Below, piece by piece: positions 21,901 through 29,193 of a stretch of 64,000 nt of DNA. The notes under the pieces are model-generated. The model saw only the letters and a program-made list of their open reading frames with translations. It ran no database searches and was not told the DNA's origin. Each line of letters opens with the position of its first letter. Position 1 is the first letter of the stretch. This DNA is from Burkholderiales bacterium (GTDB lineage Bacteria; Pseudomonadota; Gammaproteobacteria; Burkholderiales; SG8-39). The translations under genes were made by a program, and so were the position numbers. The DNA lies in NCBI GenBank assembly GCA_035649175.1, contig DASRKB010000237.1, positions 676-64,675 of the forward strand, written 5' to 3'.

Positions 21901-21956
21901 GCGGCTGGCCGCTTATTCCGGGGAGGGGTCTTGCCGGGTTTACGCCGCGCGGCCAT
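15963..21956 (-). CDS. soluble sensor histidine kinase: ten tandem GAF modules + HisKA + HATPase_c, 1997 aa
   Basis: Track ORF 15963..21956. There is no TM segment. Ten units each end in [11 protein letters not shown](V/A)[16 protein letters not shown](A/S)EILKVI..., and the last ends [14 protein letters not shown]. Then come the H-box [21 protein letters not shown], N-box [13 protein letters not shown], G1 VKDTGVGI and G2 [18 protein letters not shown]. Confidence 0.93.
   Translation of the reverse strand: [1997 protein letters not shown]
16573..16691 (-). repeat. 119-nt segment identical to 25891..26009 (H-box/DHp helix-1 coding region of paralogous kinases)
   Basis: By eye, gagaagccgatgatggcgttgagcggcgtcctcagctcgtgcgacatgttggcgaggaagtccgacttgtgcttgttcgccacctcgagctgcgcgctcttctcctggatctcgcggaa occurs unchanged at both loci. 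Flanking sequence is similar but diverged. Confidence 0.8.
16689..21884 (-). repeat. intragenic tandem array of ten GAF + signalling-helix units, period 510-528 bp
   Basis: The Phe codon of the conserved RLF(N/R)E junction recurs at about 16689, 17199, 17709, 18234, 18747, 19260, 19776, 20289, 20811 and 21339. All spacings are multiples of 3. About 75 nt around each junction (gagcgcctccttcgtctcgttgaa..cgcacgttctcgatggcgatcaccgcctggtc) is strongly conserved at DNA level. The outer boundaries are approximate. Confidence 0.85.
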
Positions 21957-21983
21957 CCGGGAAAACGAGGCCTGTCCCTGTTT

Positions 21984-23012
21984 TCAGGTCTTGAAGAGGA
22001 AAGCAGGCACGGGCTTGGAGAAGCCCTTGAGCTCGAGGGGCCCGAGCTCGTCGAACTGGAAGGCGCCGTCGAGCGCGGCCATGGTCTTGCGATCGACGAG
22101 GATCTGGCCGGCCTTCGCCTCGCCGCACAGGCGCGCGGCGAGGTTGGTGACGTTGCCGATGGCGGCGTAGTCCAGGCGCCCCTCGAAGCCGATGGCGCCG
22201 AGCGTTGCATAGCCCTGCGCGATGCCCACCCCGAGGCCCAGCTCGAAGCCGCTCCGCTTGTGCCAGTGCTGGCTGATGGGCACGAACGCCTCATGCACGG
22301 CGAGCGCGGTGCGCAGCGCATGCTCGGCGGGCTTCTCGATCGGCAGCGGGTCGTTGAAAAAGACCATCACCGCGTCGCCGGCGAAGCGCTCGAGCGTGCC
22401 TTGGTGCTCGAGCACGATCTTGCCGAGCGCGCCGTGGAAGCCGCGCAGCAGCTCCATCACTTCCTCGGGCTCAGCGGAGTCCGTGAAAGCGGTGAAGCCG
22501 CGCAGATCGAAGAACTCGACGGTGATCTCGCGCCGGTGCGTCTTAAGCACCTCCTCGCCCTTGCCGGCGGCGATCGCCTCGGCGAGCTGCGGCGAAAAGA
22601 AGGCTTTCAGGCGTCCAAGGCGCTCGTCCTGCAGCCCCTTGATCCGAAGGAGCGAGCGCACGCGCGCGAAGAGCTCGGCCTGGTTGACGGGCTTGGACAG
22701 GAAGTCATCGGCGCCCGCCTCGATGCCCTTCACACGCTCCTGGTTCGGGTCGAGCGAGGTCGCCAGCACCACCGGCAGGAGCGCCGTGGCGGGGTTCTCG
22801 CGGATCTTGCGGCACACCTCGTAGCCGTTGATGCCCGGCATCATGATGTCGAGCAGCACCAGGTCCGGCGGCTGCGCTGCGATCGCCTCCAGCGCCTGCT
22901 CACCGCTCGAGGCTCTGGTGACCTCGTAGCCCTTCGCGCCCAGCAGATCGGCGAAGAGCTTGAGGTTCTGCGGCGTGTCGTCGACGACGAGGATGCGCTG
23001 CTTCGCGCTCAC
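21984..23012 (-). CDS. response regulator receiver fused to class III nucleotidyl (adenylate/guanylate-type) cyclase, 342 aa
   Basis: Track ORF 21984..23012 with a GTG start and a GTGA overlap with the upstream stop. REC is ILVVDDTPQN...PDLVLLDIMMPGINGYE...ADDFLSKP. A coiled linker follows. CHD is HRREITVEFFDLRGFTAFTD...GTLERFAGDAVMVFF...DYAAIGNVTNLAARL. Confidence 0.9.
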   Translation of the reverse strand: MSAKQRILVVDDTPQNLKLFADLLGAKGYEVTRASSGEQALEAIAAQPPDLVLLDIMMPGINGYEVCRKIRENPATALLPVVLATSLDPNQERVKGIEAGADDFLSKPVNQAELFARVRSLLRIKGLQDERLGRLKAFFSPQLAEAIAAGKGEEVLKTHRREITVEFFDLRGFTAFTDSAEPEEVMELLRGFHGALGKIVLEHQGTLERFAGDAVMVFFNDPLPIEKPAEHALRTALAVHEAFVPISQHWHKRSGFELGLGVGIAQGYATLGAIGFEGRLDYAAIGNVTNLAARLCGEAKAGQILVDRKTMAALDGAFQFDELGPLELKGFSKPVPAFLFKT

Positions 23013-23383
23013 GCCTTGGCCGCCTCGACGAGGCGCTTCACCGTGTCCAGGAACTCCTTCAGGTTGATCGGCTTGCTGACGAAGGCGTCGAAGCCCGCGG
23101 CGGTGATCTGGCTGCGGTCGGTCGGCGTCACCGAGGCGGTGAGCGCGACGACTGGAATCCTCGCCGTGTTCGGGTCGGCGCGGATCTGCCTGAAGGCCTC
23201 GATGCCGTTGATGCCGGGAAGCTGGATGTCCATCAGCACCAGGTCCGGCGCCTTTTCCTTCGCGAGCTTCACGCCCTCCTCGCCCGTCACGGCCTCGAGC
23301 GTTCCGTAGCCCTTCGCCTGGAGCACATCCCGCGCGAGCTTCATGTTCTTCTCGTTGTCTTCGACGATCAGCACTGTGCTCAT
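23009..23383 (-). CDS. single-domain response regulator (CheY/DivK-like receiver), 124 aa
   Basis: Track ORF 23009..23383. VLIVEDNEKNMKLARDVL...PDLVLMDIQLPGINGIE...VVALTASV...GFDAFVSKPI. ATGA overlap with the upstream kinase stop. Confidence 0.92.
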   Translation of the reverse strand: MSTVLIVEDNEKNMKLARDVLQAKGYGTLEAVTGEEGVKLAKEKAPDLVLMDIQLPGINGIEAFRQIRADPNTARIPVVALTASVTPTDRSQITAAGFDAFVSKPINLKEFLDTVKRLVEAAKA

Positions 23384-25278
23384 TGGTCCCTCGGTGACTG
23401 TAGCGGTAGGGTTATCGTGAATGCCGAGCCCTTGCCGGGCGCGCTCTCGACGCGGATCGTGCCGCCGTGCAGCTCGACGAAGCGCTTGGTGAGCACGAGG
23501 CCAAGGCCGGTGCCTTCCGCCTTGCGAGTGCTGTCGCGCCCCACCTGCCGGAACTCCTGAAACAGCGCGGCCTGATCCTCGGGCGTCATGCCGGCACCGG
23601 TATCGCGCACCGTGATCTCGGCCGCCTCGTCCCGCAGCCGCGCCGATACGATGACCGTGCCGCCTTCGGGGGTGAACTTCACCGCGTTGGAGAGCAGGTT
23701 CAGCATGATCTGCTTGACCTTGCGCTCGTCGCCGATGACGCTTCCGATGCCCGGCGGGATGTCGATCTGCAGTCGCACGCCATGCCGCTGCGCCCGCTCC
23801 TTGACAAGCGAGGCGGCCCGCTCGATCGCCGTGGCAAGGGCGAACTCCGAGAGATCGAGTTCCATTCGCCCGGCCTCGATCTTGGACAGGTCGAGGACGT
23901 CGTTGATCAGGGAAAGCAGATGCTGTCCGGACTCGAGAATATCCGTCACGTACTCGGCCTGCTTGGCATTGAGCTCGCCGAACATACCCTCCTTAAGGAC
24001 CTCCGAGAACCCGATGATGGCGTTGAGCGGCGTTCTCAGCTCGTGCGACATATTGGCGAGGAACTGGCTCTTCTCTCGGCTTGCCGCCTCAGCCTGCTCC
24101 CGCGCGCGCTGCAGATCGAGCTCGGCGAGCTTGCGACGCGTGACATCGGTGATGGCTCCGATCATCTTGATCGCACGCCCATGCGGATCTCTCAAGGCGA
24201 TGGCGCGGTCGACGATCCACCGGTATCCACCGTCCGTGGCGGCGATGCGGTACTCGTGCTCGAGCCTCGGAGTCAACCGCTTGAAGTGCGCGCCAATCGC
24301 GCGGCGGTAGCCGTCGAGGTCGTCCGGATGCACCAACTCGGTCCAGACCCTGGCGGTCTGCTTCCCGGCAGGCCGGAAGAACTCCCTGGCATTCTCGGTG
24401 ATGAGAAGCTCATCGGTTGCGATGTCCCATTCGTAGATGCCTTCCGTGGCTACGCTCGTCGCGGTCGAATAGCGCTCCTCGCTCTGCCGCAGCGCTTCCT
24501 CGGTCCGCTTGAGCCGGCTGATGTCGCCCGTGGAGCCGATCATGCGCACCGCGCGCCCGGCGGCGTCGCGCTGCGCGATTCCGTGCTGGCGTGCCCAGCG
24601 CCAGCTCCCGTCCTCGGCGCGGTAACGGAACTCGCACTCGAAGCGCTCGGTCCCGCCTTTGAAATGAGCGATCAGTGCGGCGTCATAGCGCGTCCTGTCC
24701 TCGTCATGTATGCGTTGGTGCCAGTCGGCCGCCGTGCGCATATGCTCGGGGGACAGGCCGAGCATATGGATTACGCGCTCGGAGTAGTAGATGCTGTTGT
24801 TGGCAATATCCCAGTCGTAGATGCCCTCGCGCACGGCCTGCAGGGCGAGGTCGTAACGCTCCTCGCTGCGCCGCAGCGCCTCCTCGGTCTTCTTGAACTC
24901 CGTGATGTCGCCGATCGATCCGACCACGCGCGCTGCACGGCCGCGTGCGTCGCGCAAGGCGATGCCGTGCTGCCGGCACCAGCGCCATTCTCCGCTGCGC
25001 GCTCGATAGCGATAATCGCATTCGATGCGCGGCGTTCGCGCCTCGACATGCGCGCGGAACACGTCCATGTAGTGAGCGACATCCTCGGCATGAATGAGAC
25101 TGCGCCAGTCCTTTGCCGTCTGCATGAACGCCCGGTCCACATCCAGGACGTCGTAGACGCGCTCGGAGTAGTAGATGTGGTCCTCTGCCACGTCGTAGTC
25201 GTAGATTGCCTCGTTGATCGCTCGCATGGCGAGCGCATAGCGCTCTTCCGACTCGCGCAGCTGGCTGAGATCGCTCAT
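23380..25278 (-). CDS. cytoplasmic sensor histidine kinase: three tandem PAS domains + HisKA + HATPase_c, 632 aa
   Basis: Track ORF 23380..25278. Three units of about 124 aa each begin SEERY(A/D/S)LA...EGIYDWDI and end GRA.R..GS.GDI(T/S). Then come the H-box [21 protein letters not shown] and the HATPase motifs. Confidence 0.92.
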   Translation of the reverse strand: [632 protein letters not shown]

Positions 25279-28211
25279 GACCTCCCCGTCGGAAAGACCA
25301 CCGTGAAAGTGGAGCCTTTGCCGGGCGAGCTGTCGAGCCGGATGGCGCCGCCGTGCAGCTCGACGAAGCGCTTCGTCAACGCGAGTCCAAGCCCCGTGCC
25401 TTCGGCCTTGCGCTTGGAGTCGCGCCCGACCTGCTTGAACTCCTCGAACACCGACGCCTGGTCCTCGGAGGCAATGCCGATGCCCGTATCCTTCACCGCG
25501 ATCTCCACCTTGTCGGTGTCGAGCCTCGCGGCCACGTCCACCCTTCCGCCATCGGGCGTGAACTTCACGGCGTTGGAGAGCAGGTTGAGCAGGATTTGCT
25601 TGAACTTGCGCTCGTCGGCGCGCAGTTCGCCCAGGCGCGGGTCGACCTCGAGCCCGAGCGCGATGCCGTGGCGCTGCGCACGCTCGCGCACGAGCGTCAT
25701 GGCGTTGGAGAGGGCTGAGGGCAGGTCGAAGTTAGAAAGCTCGAGGTCCATGCGCCCCGCCTCGATCTTCGAGAGGTCGAGGATGTCGTTGATGAGCGAG
25801 AGCAGGTGCTTGCCCGACTCGTGGATGTCCTTGAGATAGTCGAGCTGCTTCTCGTTCACCTCGCCGAACATCCGCTCGATCAGCACCTCCGAGAAGCCGA
25901 TGATGGCGTTGAGCGGCGTCCTCAGCTCGTGCGACATGTTGGCGAGGAAGTCCGACTTGTGCTTGTTCGCCACCTCGAGCTGCGCGCTCTTCTCCTGGAT
26001 CTCGCGGAACAGGCGCACGTTCTCGATGGCAATCACCGCCTGATCGGCGAAAACGCGCACAAGCTCGATCTGCTTCGCTGTGAAGGGCCGGGCCTCACCG
26101 CTGCGGGAGAGCGTGAGCACGCCGATCGGCTCGCCGTCGCGCAGCATCGGCACAGCGAGAATGCTGCGGTAGTTGCCGGCCTGCATGATATCGTGGCGCC
26201 CGTATTGCGGGTCGGCGGCGACGTCGGGAATGTGCACCGTCACTCCGTCGAGCACGGCGCGCCCGGTGGCAGAGGCACGGTCGAGCCTGATCGGCGCGCG
26301 GTCGAACACCCCACGCGTCGCGTCGCCCGGCTGCTGCGCTTCGTCGGCCACGGCGAAGGCCATCGGCACGTACTCGGCCCGCTCGTTGGGCCGGAAGAGG
26401 AAGCCGCGATCGGCCTCGCAGAGCTTGCGCGCCTTGGCGAGCACGATCTCGAGTACGGGCTGCAGGTCGAACGTCGTGCGGCTGATCACTTTCAGGATCT
26501 CGGAGGTCGCGGTCTGCTGCTCGAGCGACTCCTTGGTCTCGTTGAAGAGCCGCACGTTCTCGATGGCGATCACCGCCTGGTCGGCGAAGGTGCGCAGCAG
26601 GGCCATCTGCTTGTCGCTCAGCGGCCCGGGCAGCACACGGCTCACGCTGATGGCGCCGATGGCCGTCCCGCCGCGCAGCATGGGTATGATGGTCATGGCG
26701 CGCGAGCCGCTATCGATGAAGTTCCGAAGCCCCGGCGCGATCGAGGGCTCGTCATGGAGCAGCGCGTCATGCACGTCGATCACGCGGTGGTCGAGGATGG
26801 CAGTCGAGTGCATGTACTCGCGGGTCAGCGGGACGGGAAAGCGCGAGCGTATCGCCTCGGCTTCCGCGGGCTCGCGGGCGGCGACCGCGGCGGCGCGCAC
26901 GTGCGCGCCCTCGGGGAGAGCGACCATCACGGTCGCCTCTGGGAAAAGCTTCAGCCCGCTCTGCACGATGGCCTCGAACACCGGCTGCGTGTCGGTGGTC
27001 GAGCTGCTGATGACCTTGAGGATCTCCGCCGTCGCCGTCTGCTGCTCGAGCGCCTCCTGCAGCTCCGCGGTGCGCGCCTCGACCTTCCTCTCCAGGCCGG
27101 CGTAGGACTCCCGCAGCCGGGCGCTCATCTGGTTGAACTCGTCGGCAAGCGCCTCGAGCTCGTCGCCGGTCTTCACCTCGATTTTCTGCTCGAGCTCGCC
27201 CGCCCCGATGCGCGCGGCGCCGTCGCGCAGGGTGCTGATCGGGCGCGCCATGCTGCGCGCGAGCCACATGGCCGCGAAAGCCGAGAGGAGAAGGCCGGCG
27301 AAGAGGAGGAGGATCGTGCGCAGGATCGCGGCGTCGAGGGACGCGAAGACTTCGGAGACCGGCTGCTCGGCGAAGACTCTCCACCCCAGCGGGTCGATCG
27401 GCGCATAGGCCGTCAGGACCCGGCCCCCGCCGAGGTCCTGGGAAAGCATGGCGGGCGAGCCGCCGGGATCGGGGGCGAGCGAGCGCTTCACGTGCTCGAG
27501 GCTCGAGAGGTCGGTCTTGCGCAGCACGAGCCCGATGTCGGGATCGGCCACGAGGTGGCCGGTCGAGTCAACCACGTAGGCCTTGCCCTTCTCGCCGATG
27601 CGAATGCGGGTCAGGACGTCCCAGATGAACTTGAGGTTGATCTCGCCCACGGCGACCGGGCCGCCTGGGGTGGAGCGGGTGGCCATGACGATGTAGGGCT
27701 CGGTGTCCTTGCGGAAATAGACCTCCCCGAACCACGTCTGCCCGGGTTTCGCGTCCCGGAAAGCCGGCTCCTGCGAGCGATCGCGGCCGCTGTCCACGAC
27801 GTTCATCGAGAGCCGCGACACGAACAGCTGCTCGCGCCCCGCGCGGTCGATGTAGTAGATGTCCGTGACGGCCTCGGCGATACGCAGGAGCTTCTCGAAC
27901 TCGGTCTTGCGCTGCGCCGCGCCCTCGGCCGCGAGCTGGTGAAGCGCCGCGAACTCGAGCTGCCGGTCGATCTGGCGCACGAACTGCTCGATGCGCGCGG
28001 CCGCCGCGCCGGCTTTCTCGCGCTGCAGGCTGGCGAGCGCGGCTTTATTTTCCTCGTAGGAAAAGTACAGGCCGATGCCGCCCGAGATCACGAGCGTACC
28101 GCAGACCAGCGCGAGGATGAGGAGGAGGTACTTGCGGAACAACCGCCCGCGGTGCAGTCGCCGCGCCGCGGCGTGCTCCCCAATCGCGAGATCCGTCGGC
28201 TTCAGGCGCAT
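25275..28211 (-). CDS. membrane sensor histidine kinase: TM - periplasmic Cache-like domain - TM - HAMP - 2 GAF - HisKA - HATPase_c, 978 aa
   Basis: Track ORF 25275..28211. TM1 is [23 protein letters not shown], followed by a periplasmic region of about 250 aa. TM2 is [19 protein letters not shown]. HAMP is [39 protein letters not shown]. Two GAF units carry the same linkers as the 10-GAF kinase. The transmitter is nearly identical to that of 15963..21956. Confidence 0.9.
   Translation of the reverse strand: [978 protein letters not shown]
25891..26009 (-). repeat. 119-nt segment identical to 16573..16691
   Basis: See the partner feature. It encodes the end of the last signalling helix and the H-box. 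Confidence 0.8.
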
Positions 28212-28221
28212 CTCCTCGCGG

Positions 28222-29193
28222 CTACTCTACCACCCGGTCGGCGCGCAGCAGCACGGCCTGCGGAATGGAGATGCGCAGCGCCTTCGCGGTGCGCATGTTG
28301 ATCACGAGCTCGAGCTGCTGGGGCGAGGTGATGGGCAGTTCCGCCGGCGAGGCGCCCGCCAGGATGCGGTCGACATAGCGGGCGGCGCCGCGGAAGCTCG
28401 CCGCCAGGTCCGGCCCATAGGTCGCGAGCGCGCCGGGCGGTGCGAACTCCCCGAGCGGCGAGAGCGTCGGGACGCCGGCGGAGAAGGCCGCCTGCACGAG
28501 CTCCTCGCGCAGCCCGAAGAGCATCGCGTCGGCCGATACGACCAGCGCGTCGGCCTGCAGCGATGCGAGCCTCTCCGGCAGCGCGTCGACGTCCCAGCGG
28601 GCCCGCAGCACCACGGGCACGAGCTCCAGCCCCATCGAGCGCGCGGCGCGCGTGGCGGCCGCTTGGTAGGACGCCGCGGCGGTCCGGTCCGGGTTGACGG
28701 CGAACGCGATGCGCCGCGCCTTGGGCATGAGCACGTGCAAAACCTCGATGACCCGGGCGTGCTGACCCTCGCCCAGGCTTGCCATGCCGGTGACATTGCC
28801 GCCCGGCCGTGCGAGGGTCCGCGCAAGGCCGTCGCCCACCGGATCGATGCCGGACACGATGACGATCGGAATCGTGTCGGTCCTCGCCCTCACGAACCCG
28901 GCCGTGTCCGCGGTGTCCGCGACGATGACGGCGCAGCCCAGCGCGATCAGCTCGTCGGCGATGAAAGGGATGCGGGCCCGATTGCGCTCGTAGTAGCGGG
29001 CGACGAGCGTGTAATGGCGGCCTTCCTCGTAGCCGAGCTCGAGCAAGCCCTCGACGAACTCGCGCCCGAAGCGGTCATCAGTCACGTGGACGAATCCGAC
29101 GCGGTAGGGTCCGCGCGCTTGCTGGGCACGCGCGACCGGCGGCATGGGCGCGGCGACCAGCGCCAGCAGGGCGACGAAGGCCCGCCGCTTCAT
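28222..29193 (-). CDS. periplasmic substrate-binding protein, ABC_sub_bind (PF04392-like) family, 323 aa
   Basis: Track ORF 28222..29193. Signal peptide MKRRAFVALLALVAAPMPPVARA, then VGFVH...NVTGM...ELPI..PQQLELVINMRTAKALRISIPQAVLLRADRVVE, the characteristic C-terminus of this family. No cognate permease or ATPase is adjacent. Confidence 0.8.
   Translation of the reverse strand: MKRRAFVALLALVAAPMPPVARAQQARGPYRVGFVHVTDDRFGREFVEGLLELGYEEGRHYTLVARYYERNRARIPFIADELIALGCAVIVADTADTAGFVRARTDTIPIVIVSGIDPVGDGLARTLARPGGNVTGMASLGEGQHARVIEVLHVLMPKARRIAFAVNPDRTAAASYQAAATRAARSMGLELVPVVLRARWDVDALPERLASLQADALVVSADAMLFGLREELVQAAFSAGVPTLSPLGEFAPPGALATYGPDLAASFRGAARYVDRILAGASPAELPITSPQQLELVINMRTAKALRISIPQAVLLRADRVVE

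Noticed and set aside
15963-28211. The idea that the GAF arrays bind the cNMP made by the neighbouring cyclase (as in PDE2/CyaB1-type feedback)
   Set aside because: None of the twelve GAF units shows the NK...F...DE signature of cNMP-binding GAF domains. The units end in (P)F(T/S)xxQ(I/V)xL...FADQA instead. The idea is possible, but there is no sequence support.
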